Assembly: GCA_964244895.1 (NCBI GenBank)
Contig: CAXTKV010000131.1
Coordinates: 1 to 15,190 of the forward strand
Source: an uncultured Deinococcales bacterium
GTDB lineage: Bacteria > Deinococcota > Deinococci > Deinococcales > JAAFIG01
Length of the DNA stretch: 15,190 nucleotides
Reading direction: 5' to 3'
Part shown: positions 1-8,189 of the stretch, one piece after another
Layout of the letters: each line of letters opens with the position of its first letter
Numbering within the stretch: position 1 is the first letter of the stretch
Translations under genes and position numbers: made by a program
The notes under the pieces: generated by a model
Told to the model about the DNA's origin: nothing
The model's database searches: none
Seen by the model: only the letters and a program-made list of their open reading frames with translations

Positions 1-1
1 C

Positions 2-499
2 TTCCAGATCGATTCGTGGCGCTGGTCGGGCGTGCCGTTTTACGTGCGCGTCGGCAAGAACCTGCCCGTGACCGCCACGGAGGTGCTGGTCGAGTTCCGC
101 GATCCGCCCCAGGCGATGTTCGGCGAGCGCGTACCGGACGCCTCGAATTACCTGCGCTTCCGCCTCAGCCCGGACGTGCTGATCACGCTGGGGGCTCGAG
201 CCAAGCTGCCCGGCGAGGCGATGGTCGGCGAGAACGTCGAATTGGTCGCCCAACACCACCCCGCCGACGAGATGGAACCCTACGAGCGCCTGCTCGGGGA
301 CGCGCTCAAGGGTGATTCCACGCTGTTTGCCCGCGAGGACGGCGTCGAGGAAGCCTGGCGGGTGGTGCAACCGATCCTGGGCGGCATCGGTGATTTATTC
401 CCGTATTTTCCCAACACCTGGGGGCCGCCCGAGGTGGCGGACGAATTCATCGCCGCCGACGGGGTCTGGCACAACCCCGCCGCGACGGAACCGACATGA
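2..499 (+). CDS. zwf: Glucose-6-phosphate 1-dehydrogenase, C-terminal part (5'-truncated by window edge)
   Basis: Frame open from base 2: FQIDSWRWSGVPFYVRVGKNL (RWxGVPFYxRxGK signature), then PYERLLGDALKGDSTLFAREDGVEEAWRVVQPIL and YFPNTWGP, typical of the G6PD C-terminal domain. Confidence 0.95.
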   Translation, partial: FQIDSWRWSGVPFYVRVGKNLPVTATEVLVEFRDPPQAMFGERVPDASNYLRFRLSPDVLITLGARAKLPGEAMVGENVELVAQHHPADEMEPYERLLGDALKGDSTLFAREDGVEEAWRVVQPILGGIGDLFPYFPNTWGPPEVADEFIAADGVWHNPAATEPT

Positions 500-1182
500 G
501 CGCCGCACCGCACCACCGCGCCGCGTTCCTGCTGGACGTGGACAACACCCTGCTGGACAACGATTGCGTCACCGACGACCTGCGCGCCCACCTGGAACGA
601 GAGTTCGGTCAGCAGCAGAGCCAGGATTACTGGACGCTGTTCGAGGCGCGCCGAGCCGAGATGGGTTACGCCGATTACCTCGGGGCCTTGCAGCAGTACC
701 GCTTGCAGTACCCGCACCACCCGCGCATTTTGAAGATGTCATCTTTTTTAATCGATTACCCGTTCAAGGATCGGTTGTACCCCGGCGCGATCAACGCGAT
801 CCACCACCTGCACCGCGCCGGGCTGTGCGCGGTGCTTTCAGACGGCGACGTGGTCTTCCAACCCCATAAAGTAGAGCGCTCGGGCATCCTGGCGGCCATG
901 AACGGGCACGCGCTGATTTACGTTCACAAGGAACAGGAACTGATGGACGTGGAACGCCGCTACCCGGCGGATCACTACGTCATGATCGACGACAAATTGC
1001 GCATCCTGACGGCCATCAAGGGCATCTGGGCGGATCGGGTCACGACAGTTTTCGTGCGTCAGGGGCATTACGCGACCGATCCGAACGTCCTCCAGGCGTA
1101 CCCGCCCGCCGATGTCAGCATCGATCGCATCGGCGACCTGCTGCAACTCGATCCGGCGGCGCTGGCGAGGGCGAAATCCTGA
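496..1182 (+). CDS. HAD-superfamily hydrolase
   Basis: Motif I LLDVDNTL, motif II LSDGD, motif IV MIDDK; ATGA overlap with the zwf stop suggests translational coupling. Confidence 0.88.
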   Translation: MSAAPHHRAAFLLDVDNTLLDNDCVTDDLRAHLEREFGQQQSQDYWTLFEARRAEMGYADYLGALQQYRLQYPHHPRILKMSSFLIDYPFKDRLYPGAINAIHHLHRAGLCAVLSDGDVVFQPHKVERSGILAAMNGHALIYVHKEQELMDVERRYPADHYVMIDDKLRILTAIKGIWADRVTTVFVRQGHYATDPNVLQAYPPADVSIDRIGDLLQLDPAALARAKS

Positions 1183-1200
1183 CGCCCGCCAGGTGCGCGA

Positions 1201-1243
1201 GAACACCGTCCCGGGCACGAAAGTAGAGTAGCGTCCAGGACGC
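1201..1243. repeat. Paired-palindrome intergenic repeat, copy A (centres 1212/1237, 25 bp apart)
   Basis: GAACACCGTCC-C-GGGCACG ... GCGTCC-A-GGACGC; degenerate. Confidence 0.7.
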
Positions 1244-1292
1244 GAGAACCCCCATCGGCCTACGGCACCGCCCCAACCGAAAGGAAGAACCC

Positions 1293-2378
1293 ATGAACGC
1301 GACCAAAGCACTGCACGATATCGGCCAGAGCTTGTGGCTGGACAACATCACGCGCGGCTTGCTCGACTCCGGCACGCTGGCGCGGTACATCAAAGACCTG
1401 TCCGTGACGGGACTGACCTCCAACCCCACGATTTTCGACGCGGCCATCAAGGGCAGCGCCGATTACGATGCGTCTATCATCGAGAAAACGGAGGCAGGAC
1501 TTTCCGGTGACGCGCTCTTTTTTGAACTGGCGCTCGAGGATCTGACGCGCGCCGCCGACCTGTTCAAACCCGTCCACGACGCGACGCACGGCGTGGACGG
1601 GTTCGTCTCGCTCGAGGTTTCACCATTGCTGGCCTACGACGCCGCGCAGACCATCGCGCAGGCGAAAGCGCTCCACGCCGAGGCCGCCAGAGGGAACCTG
1701 TTCATCAAGATTCCCGGCACGCCCGAAGGTTTGCCCGCCATCGAGGAAGCGATCTTCGCGGGCGTGCCGATCAACGTGACGCTCCTTTTCTCCAGCCAGC
1801 AGTACCTGGCGGCAGCCGAAGCCTACCTGCGCGGCCTCGAGCGCCGCGCCGAAGCCGGGTTGTCGCTCGATATCGCCTCGGTCGCGTCGGTCTTCGTCAG
1901 CCGCTGGGATCGGGCCGTGGCCGACAAGGTTCCCAGCGAGCTTCAGAACCACCTCGGCATCGCCGTCATGAACCAGACTTACAGGGCGTACCGCGACCTG
2001 CTGGAATCCGAGCGCTGGAAGAAGCTCGCCGCCAAAGGCGCTCGTCCTCAGCGCGCGCTCTGGGCCAGCACCGGAACCAAAGACCCGAAAGCCTCCGACG
2101 TGATGTACGTGGCGGCCCTGGCTGCCCCGGACACGGTCAACACCATGCCCGAAGCGACCCTGCTGGCCTACGCCGATCACGGCAGCCTGGGCGCAGTCAT
2201 GCCCGAGGACGGCGGCGATGCCGATGCGACCCTGGCCCGATTCGAGGACGCCGGCATCGACGTGGACGCCCTGGCCGCGCAACTCCAGCGCGAGGGTGCG
2301 GACGCCTTCGTCAAATCCTGGCACGAGCTTCTGGGGCAGATCGCCGCCAAAAGCGCGATGCTCGAGAAGACGCACTGA
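1293..2378 (+). CDS. tal: Transaldolase (~360-aa type)
   Basis: GQSLWLDNITR, GLTSNPTIF, VSLEVSP, NLFIKIPGT (Schiff-base Lys), INVTLLFS, VASVFVSRWD, ALWASTGTK, DTVNTMP; purine-rich AAGGAAG upstream. Confidence 0.96.
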   Translation: MNATKALHDIGQSLWLDNITRGLLDSGTLARYIKDLSVTGLTSNPTIFDAAIKGSADYDASIIEKTEAGLSGDALFFELALEDLTRAADLFKPVHDATHGVDGFVSLEVSPLLAYDAAQTIAQAKALHAEAARGNLFIKIPGTPEGLPAIEEAIFAGVPINVTLLFSSQQYLAAAEAYLRGLERRAEAGLSLDIASVASVFVSRWDRAVADKVPSELQNHLGIAVMNQTYRAYRDLLESERWKKLAAKGARPQRALWASTGTKDPKASDVMYVAALAAPDTVNTMPEATLLAYADHGSLGAVMPEDGGDADATLARFEDAGIDVDALAAQLQREGADAFVKSWHELLGQIAAKSAMLEKTH

Positions 2379-2403
2379 GCGAATTTCAATCGGGGAAAGC
2401 CAA

Positions 2404-2456
2404 GAACACCGTCTGGCACGCGAATATTGAAATGCGTGCTGGACGGTCTTCTCGAG
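2404..2456. repeat. Paired-palindrome intergenic repeat, copy B (centres 2415/2440, 25 bp apart), between convergent genes
   Basis: GAACACCGTCT-G-GCACGC ... GCGTGC-T-GGACGGTCTTCTCGAG; the arms can also pair as one long hairpin. Confidence 0.85.
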
Positions 2457-2470
2457 ATACTCGGGCTCGC

Positions 2471-3559
2471 CTACTGCGGCCTGAGGCGGTAAATGCTCGA
2501 GTCCTCGCCCGAATCCGTCGAGAAGTACAAGAACCCGTCCGGCCCGACCGTCACGTCGCGCAAGCGCCCGTAGGTGTTGTCGATCAGGATTTCCTCCGAT
2601 TTGACGCGTTCGCCGTCCAGTTCCAGGCGGTACAACCGGCCCGTCTTGAGCGCCACGAAGAACAGGTCGCCCTTCCAGGCCGGGAAGGCATCGGCGCTGT
2701 AAAACGCCATGTCGCTGATCGCGATGGTTTCGTTGGGCTTATACGAACGCACGGCGGGCTGGTAGTTCGGCACGTCGCACGGGTTCGTGCCGCGACACAT
2801 CGGCCAGCCGTAATTCTGGCCCTTCTTGATGACGTTCAACTCGTCGTCCGTGTCCGGGCCGTGCTCGGTCTCCCACAATACGTTCGTGCCCGGCTGGAAC
2901 GTCAGCCCCTGCGCGTTCCTCGAGCCGAGCGCCCAGACGCTGCTGTTCGGGAAGGGGTTGTCGGACGGGATGCCGCCATCTTTGGTGACGCGGTGAATCT
3001 TGCCCGCCTTGGAATTCAAGTCCTGCGCCCTCGCGGGGTCGCTGGCGGCGTCGCCCATGCTGGCGTACAACATCCCGTCCGGCCCCAGAATCACGCGGCA
3101 ACCGTTATGGTTCCACCAGCCCGGCATGTCGTCGATCAGGAATTTCTCAGCCGTCAAACCCTTGTCGGTCAGCGTGAAGCTCGAGAGCCGGTTGCGCTTC
3201 GTGTCGCCATCGCGCACATTGTCCTTGAAGTACGAGTAACAGATGTACACGCGCCCCGTGGTGGCGAAGGTCGGATCGAGTTCCATGCCCAGCATCCCGC
3301 CCTCGCCGTCCGGTCTGAAACTGTCCCCGAGTTGCCCCAGCACCCTGACCTGACCCGATTTCAAATCCAGGCTGCTGAGTTTGCCCGAGTACCGCCCGGT
3401 GAACAACAATCGTCCATCGGGCGCGAAATTCAGGCTCCACGGGCGCTCCAGCTTTCCCTTGACGAGCTCCACCCGCCAGCTTTTCTGCGCGTTCTGCGCC
3501 ACCCCAACCGCGCACGCCAGGCCGATCAGTCCGATGACCGCAGGGATTTTCAGATTCAT
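2471..3559 (-). CDS. PQQ-dependent soluble sugar (aldose) dehydrogenase, GSDH/YliI family, with N-terminal signal peptide
   Basis: PWSLNFAPDG, GEGGMLG, HNGCRVILGPDG, GKIHR, GIPSDNPF, GSRNAQG, EHGP, NYGWP, GRLRDV motifs. Start reassigned to ATG 3559 (MNLKIPAVIGLIGLACAVGVA-Q, Sec-type signal) rather than 3910. Confidence 0.9.
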   Translation of the reverse strand: MNLKIPAVIGLIGLACAVGVAQNAQKSWRVELVKGKLERPWSLNFAPDGRLLFTGRYSGKLSSLDLKSGQVRVLGQLGDSFRPDGEGGMLGMELDPTFATTGRVYICYSYFKDNVRDGDTKRNRLSSFTLTDKGLTAEKFLIDDMPGWWNHNGCRVILGPDGMLYASMGDAASDPARAQDLNSKAGKIHRVTKDGGIPSDNPFPNSSVWALGSRNAQGLTFQPGTNVLWETEHGPDTDDELNVIKKGQNYGWPMCRGTNPCDVPNYQPAVRSYKPNETIAISDMAFYSADAFPAWKGDLFFVALKTGRLYRLELDGERVKSEEILIDNTYGRLRDVTVGPDGFLYFSTDSGEDSSIYRLRPQ

Positions 3560-3764
3560 TCTTTGAGGATGGCACGAGAAGTCGGCACGGGCTGAGACGA
3601 GATTGACATTCGCTCGCCGTTTTTGCATCCCCTGCACATAGGGAGGCAAAGGGCGGGACGGGTCGCGTTTCGGACTTGCAAGATTCCGGGCTATCATCCC
3701 AGGTGATGAAGTGCCCATCCCCAGGAAAGGGATTGCGGACACGGGACAGGGAGGACTGGGATGA

Positions 3765-5123
3765 ATGCCGATCGAAACCATCACCACCGACGCCGTGATC
3801 ATCGGCGCGGGCATTTCAGGTCTGGCCGCCGCACGACAACTGCTTGACGCCGGACGCGACGTGATCGTGCTCGAGGCCAGCCACCGCGTCGGCGGGCGCT
3901 TGTACACCAAAACCCTGCCGGACGGTACGGCCTTCGATCTGGGCGGTCAGTGGATCGGCCCGGAGATGGAGCGCGTCAGCGCGCTGGTGTCGGAACTCGG
4001 GCTGACGATCTTTCCGCAGCACAACTCCGGGCGCATGGATTTGTCCACCCAGCCCCTGTCCAGCATGGATCGGTTGACGCAGGCCGAATGGGAATGGTTC
4101 ACCGCCAAGATTTCGTGGCTGGTCAACCAGGTGGACGTGAATGATCCCGCCAAAACCCCGAACGCCGCCGAACTGGACGTGGTGTCCGTAGAGGAATGGA
4201 AGCGCGAGAATTTAGAGAGCGAGTACCTGCGCCACCTGTTCGACCAGCTGGTGCGCACCGAATACACGATTGAACCCAAGGATTTCTCGATGCTGTACCT
4301 GCTCTACTCGATCCGCAGCGCGGGCGGCTTCGAGGATTTGCTGGACATGGACGGCGGCAACCACACCAACCGCATCCAGCAGGGCCTGCAGACGCTCTGC
4401 ACGCGTCTGGCGGACGGCATGGCGGATCGGGTGCGGTTGAACTGCCAGGTCTACGACATCGAACACGACGACCACGGCGTCAAGATCATCAGCGAAGGCG
4501 CCATCGTCAATGCCCGCCACGCGATCCTGGCGATCCCGCCGAACCAAGCGCAACGCATCGACTTCAGCCCCGTGCTGCCGCGCCGACGCATGAAACTGAT
4601 GCAACGCCTGGAGATGGGTTCCGTCATCAAATGCTTCGCCATCTACGACCGACCGTTCTGGCGCGATCAACCCGTCAAATCCATCGACCCGGACGTGCTG
4701 GTCTTCGATCACACGATGGACGCCACCAGCGAGAACGGCAAGCACCCCGCGCTGGTCGCGTTCATCGGCGGTGACGACGCGGTGTTCTGGAGCGACCGAC
4801 CCGTTGAAACGCGCCGCCGCGCGGTGCTCGAGAACCTGGCGATGGTCTTCGGCGACGAAGCCCTGTACCCGCGCGATTACTTCGATCACGACTGGCTGAC
4901 CGAACCCTTCATCGGCGGCGGCTACCAGTGCTACGCGCCCCCCGGCGTGATGACGGGCGGTTTCGCCGAATTGCGCGAGCCGATCGGACGTTTGCACTGG
5001 GCTGGTACGGAAACCGCCGTCGGGTACTACGGGTACGTCGAGGGCGCTCTGGAAGCTGCCGAACGCGCTGCGACCGAGGTGGGGAAGTTCCTGGAGAAAG
5101 ATTTGGGGATTGTAACAACGTAG
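3765..5123 (+). CDS. Flavin-containing amine oxidase (monoamine/putrescine oxidase family)
   Basis: IIGAGISGLAAA FAD motif, LEASHRVGGR, DLGGQWIG, MGSVIK, PFWR, LHWAGTETA, GYVEGA; GGAGG RBS at 3750-3754. Confidence 0.92.
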   Translation: MPIETITTDAVIIGAGISGLAAARQLLDAGRDVIVLEASHRVGGRLYTKTLPDGTAFDLGGQWIGPEMERVSALVSELGLTIFPQHNSGRMDLSTQPLSSMDRLTQAEWEWFTAKISWLVNQVDVNDPAKTPNAAELDVVSVEEWKRENLESEYLRHLFDQLVRTEYTIEPKDFSMLYLLYSIRSAGGFEDLLDMDGGNHTNRIQQGLQTLCTRLADGMADRVRLNCQVYDIEHDDHGVKIISEGAIVNARHAILAIPPNQAQRIDFSPVLPRRRMKLMQRLEMGSVIKCFAIYDRPFWRDQPVKSIDPDVLVFDHTMDATSENGKHPALVAFIGGDDAVFWSDRPVETRRRAVLENLAMVFGDEALYPRDYFDHDWLTEPFIGGGYQCYAPPGVMTGGFAELREPIGRLHWAGTETAVGYYGYVEGALEAAERAATEVGKFLEKDLGIVTT

Positions 5124-5180
5124 AACACCGTCCTGGACAGTGTTCCTGAATCTCGAGAAATCGTGTGGTGGACCGTACTC
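5123..5180. repeat. Paired-palindrome intergenic repeat, copy C (centres 5134/5169, 35 bp apart)
   Basis: GAACACCGTCC-T-GGACAGTGTTC starts at the last base of the stop codon; linker contains TCTCGAGA; second unit degenerate (TGTGG-T-GGACCGTACTC). Confidence 0.75.
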
Positions 5181-5201
5181 CCCAGATTTAACAGGAGTTT
5201 T

Positions 5202-5918
5202 ATGGGTGATATTCCGTTTCCTGATCTTCTCAAATATGGTGAAGCTGACTGGCTCGATTGGAAACGTCAACTGTATAGCGGTCTCGAGCTTCAAGCGATA
5301 GATCGTTCGGAATGGGAAATTGGAAAAGGAACGTTACTCAAAGACCTGGCGGCCCTCGCCAATTCCATGTCTGTCAAAGACAAGCGGTATCTCATTCGTG
5401 GCGTTCAGGATCATGGGTACAAGAGAGAAATTATCGGAGTGTCCAAGCAATTTGATGATGCTGATTTTCAAACATGGGTAAAAAATGCTTTTGATCCGCC
5501 TTTGAAAATCCATTATGAAACGATTGAACCTGAACCTGGAAAGCTCGTAGGAGTCTTTGCTATCGAGTTTGATCCGAGAGGTCCACACGTTGCTGTTCAA
5601 AGCGTGGGGGGAAAGTTATTTGAAGGACAGGTTTGGTTGCGACGCGGCACGCAAAACGATTTTGCGCGCCGGGCGGACTTAGAGGCGCTCCTCGTGACTA
5701 CTCCTATTTGTTTACCAAGATGGGGCGGTACAGGTGCGGAAAAGATACTTACTGCCCACTATGCACCCCGAGAATTGTCGCTCCCTCTTTTTGGGCGGCA
5801 ACACGAAATGCTGTTAGATGGATATGACGTAGCGTATTGGCCTGGCACAAGACGCGAAATACACATTAAGCCCGCCCATCTTTCGAGTCCTGAGCATATT
5901 CTTATGGTGAAACCTTAG
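5202..5918 (+). CDS. Schlafen/AlbA_2-domain protein with short unknown C-terminal extension
   Basis: EADWLDWK (ExxxLEFK-like), LLKDLAALANS, YLIRGVQD, IIGV, VWLRRGTQN match the AlbA_2 pattern. AGGAG RBS before ATG 5202. Clearly AT-richer with different codon usage from neighbours. Confidence 0.78.
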   Translation: MGDIPFPDLLKYGEADWLDWKRQLYSGLELQAIDRSEWEIGKGTLLKDLAALANSMSVKDKRYLIRGVQDHGYKREIIGVSKQFDDADFQTWVKNAFDPPLKIHYETIEPEPGKLVGVFAIEFDPRGPHVAVQSVGGKLFEGQVWLRRGTQNDFARRADLEALLVTTPICLPRWGGTGAEKILTAHYAPRELSLPLFGRQHEMLLDGYDVAYWPGTRREIHIKPAHLSSPEHILMVKP

Positions 5919-5933
5919 AGGTGGAGGTTAGCC

Positions 5934-6716
5934 GTGTCGTTCACGCTCACCTCGTACAACGTCCTGGCCTCGAGTTACATCAGGCCGGGTTTCTACCCGC
6001 GCACGCCGCCGGACGCGCTGAACCCCGCGTGGCGAATCCCGGCGCTCGTGAAGCACATCGTCGATCTGGGATCGGACGTGCTGTGCCTTCAGGAAGTGGA
6101 TGTGAACATCCTTGCGGCCCTGCGTGCGGCGCTCGAGCCATTGGGGTACGTGAGTTACGACGCGAGAAAAGGTCTGGGCAAACCGGATGGGTGCAGCACG
6201 TTTTTTCGCTCGAGCATCTTCAAACCCAAAAGCGTGCAAAGGCTCGAGTACGCCGATGGCAACGGTCTCGAGCTGGATTCGGGGCACGTCGCGCTGGTGG
6301 TTGCGCTCGAATTCGAGGGTCGCACGGTGGGCGTGGCGAACACGCATTTGAAATGGGACGCGCCGGGAACGCCGCTTCGGGCGCGGGTCGGGTTTCGGCA
6401 GATCGTGCAATGGCTGAACGAACGCGAGGAACTCGTGCCGGACGCCGAAGCGTGGATCGTGTGCGGGGATTTCAACGTCACGCCGGAAAACGAACTGATC
6501 GCATCGCTTCGAGCCACCGGGCTCGAGTACGCGCACGTCGGTCTGGACGCGTTCACCTGCAATTCCAATCGGCGCGCGAAAATGATCGATTACGTGTTCT
6601 CTGCGGGCTTGCGATCCGCGCCGATCTCGCCGCCAGAGATCGATGACCTGACGCCGCTGCCATCCTGGGATCAGCCTTCGGATCACTTGCCGCTCAGCGC
6701 TCGGCTCGGGTGGTGA
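5934..6716 (+). CDS. Endonuclease/exonuclease/phosphatase (EEP) family protein, CCR4/nocturnin-like
   Basis: SYNVLA, LCLQEVD, DGCSTFF, NTHLKW, IVCGDFN, IDYVF, PSDHLPL motifs; GGAGG RBS before the GTG start. Confidence 0.9.
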   Translation: MSFTLTSYNVLASSYIRPGFYPRTPPDALNPAWRIPALVKHIVDLGSDVLCLQEVDVNILAALRAALEPLGYVSYDARKGLGKPDGCSTFFRSSIFKPKSVQRLEYADGNGLELDSGHVALVVALEFEGRTVGVANTHLKWDAPGTPLRARVGFRQIVQWLNEREELVPDAEAWIVCGDFNVTPENELIASLRATGLEYAHVGLDAFTCNSNRRAKMIDYVFSAGLRSAPISPPEIDDLTPLPSWDQPSDHLPLSARLGW

Positions 6717-6723
6717 CGAACGA

Positions 6724-6781
6724 GGATACTGTCCTGGACGCAATTTCTCGAGGCTCGAGAACGCCGTCCTGGACGATGTTC
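6724..6781. repeat. Paired-palindrome intergenic repeat, copy D (centres 6735/6770, 35 bp apart)
   Basis: GGATACTGTCC-T-GGACGC ... CTCGAGGCTCGAG ... GAACGCCGTCC-T-GGACGATGTTC. Confidence 0.85.
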
Positions 6782-6853
6782 TTTGATCGTGGCGAGCGGT
6801 GTCTCGCATCTAGCATCTGTGACCTGCCCCGAGAACACATCCTGAAATCGCGG

Positions 6854-6859
6854 TATAAA
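6854..6859 (+). promoter_or_regulatory. Putative -10 box of a leaderless promoter for the aminopeptidase
   Basis: TATAAA 5 nt before ATG 6865; no Shine-Dalgarno. Confidence 0.5.
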
Positions 6860-6864
6860 CGCGC

Positions 6865-7977
6865 ATGGACCCACGAATAGAGAAGCTGGCCGACGTGCTC
6901 GTGCGTCACTCCACCAAACTCCAACCCGGCGAGAAGGTCTTCATCGAGGCCTTCGACACCTCGGACGCGCTCGTGACCGCGCTGATCGATCGGGTCACGC
7001 AGGCCGGAGCGATCCCGTTCGTGGAGACGCGTTCGATGCGCGTGATGCGGTCTTTGTTGACCAACGCCACCGAATCGCAGATGCGCGATATCGCGGCGCA
7101 CGAACTCTCGCGCATGAAGAACGTTCAGGCCTACATGGGCATTCGCGGCAGCCACAACGCGCTGGAATACAGCGATGTCCCGAGCGAGAAATTGCGGCTC
7201 TATTCCTCGATCTGGAATCACCAGGTTCACTCTGAGCAGCGCGTCAACCACACCAAATGGGTCGTGTTGCGCTACCCATCGCCCGCTTTCGCGCAGGCCG
7301 CCGGGATGAGCACGGAAGCCTTCGAGCAGTTTTACTTCGATGTCTGCACGCTGGATTACGCGAAGATGGCCCAGGCGCAAAAGCCCCTGCACAAGCGCAT
7401 GCTCGAGGCCGACCGTGTGCGTTTGACGGGCGTGGACACGGATCTGACGTTCAGCATCAAGGGCATCGGGGCGGTCATGTGCAGCGGCGACCGCAACATC
7501 CCGGATGGTGAAACCTACTCGTGTCCGGTCAAGGACAGCGTCAACGGCGTGATTCACTACAACACGCCGACCATCTATCAGGGTACGCGCTTCACGGACG
7601 TGCGCCTCGAATTCAAGGACGGCAAGATCGTGAATGCCACCGCGTCCGACACGAAGAAACTGAACGCGATCCTGGATTCCGACGAGGGCGCGCGCTATGT
7701 GGGCGAATTCGCCATCGGCTTCAACCCGTACATCCTGAACCCGATGATGGATATTTTGTTCGACGAGAAGATCAACGGGTCGTTTCACTTCACGCCCGGT
7801 CAGGCGTACAAGGCCGCTGGCAACGGCAACACCTCGAGCATTCACTGGGACATGGTGTTCATTCAGCGCCCGGAGTACGGCGGCGGCGAGATCTTTTTTG
7901 ACGACGAGCTGATCCGCAAGGATGGCGTGTTCGTTCCCGCCGACCTGCACGGCCTGAATCCCGAGAACCTAAAGTAA
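6865..7977 (+). CDS. Aminopeptidase, peptidase family M29 (AmpS/AmpT-like)
   Basis: DPRIEKLADVLV start, AQAAGMSTEAFE, NIPDGE, GEFAIG, ILFDEKI, SFHFTPGQAY, SSIHWDMV metal-binding motifs. Confidence 0.93.
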   Translation: MDPRIEKLADVLVRHSTKLQPGEKVFIEAFDTSDALVTALIDRVTQAGAIPFVETRSMRVMRSLLTNATESQMRDIAAHELSRMKNVQAYMGIRGSHNALEYSDVPSEKLRLYSSIWNHQVHSEQRVNHTKWVVLRYPSPAFAQAAGMSTEAFEQFYFDVCTLDYAKMAQAQKPLHKRMLEADRVRLTGVDTDLTFSIKGIGAVMCSGDRNIPDGETYSCPVKDSVNGVIHYNTPTIYQGTRFTDVRLEFKDGKIVNATASDTKKLNAILDSDEGARYVGEFAIGFNPYILNPMMDILFDEKINGSFHFTPGQAYKAAGNGNTSSIHWDMVFIQRPEYGGGEIFFDDELIRKDGVFVPADLHGLNPENLK

Positions 7978-8036
7978 AGACCGTCCAGCACGACGTTTCT
8001 CGAGGCTCGAGCGATACCGTGCTGGACGGTCTTTTT
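7976..8036. repeat. Paired-palindrome intergenic repeat, copy E (centres 7987/8023, 36 bp apart); may double as terminator of the aminopeptidase gene
   Basis: Perfect 17-bp inverted repeat AAAGACCGTCCAGCACG / CGTGCTGGACGGTCTTT around CTCGAGGCTCGAG, ending in a T run. Confidence 0.9.
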
Positions 8037-8132
8037 GTCATCCTGAGCGCAGCGAAGGATCTTCTGGTGTTCGCCCGTCGAACTCGCCCCGAGCGGCGAG
8101 AGATACCTCAATGTGAACGCCTCAGGACGACA
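8036..8132. repeat. Second, distinct REP/MITE-like element (TGTCATCCTGAGCG...CTCAGGAYGACA type)
   Basis: TGTCATCCTGAG (8036-8047) pairs with CTCAGGACGACA (8121-8132); inner GAAGGATCT/AGATACCTC arms; inner hairpin CTCGCC/GGCGAG. Confidence 0.7.
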
Positions 8133-8189
8133 GACTGGATTGGGTGGCGCGGCCCCCGAGGCTCAATCCAATCGGTGCAAAAACCGCGC

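Noticed and set aside
3560..3910. N-terminal extension of ORF 2471..3910
   Set aside because: Overlaps the amine oxidase gene on the opposite strand; the signal peptide and a -10-like box support ATG 3559.
5163..5201. GTG 5163 start of the AlbA_2 gene
   Set aside because: Lies within repeat copy C; ATG 5202 has an AGGAG RBS.
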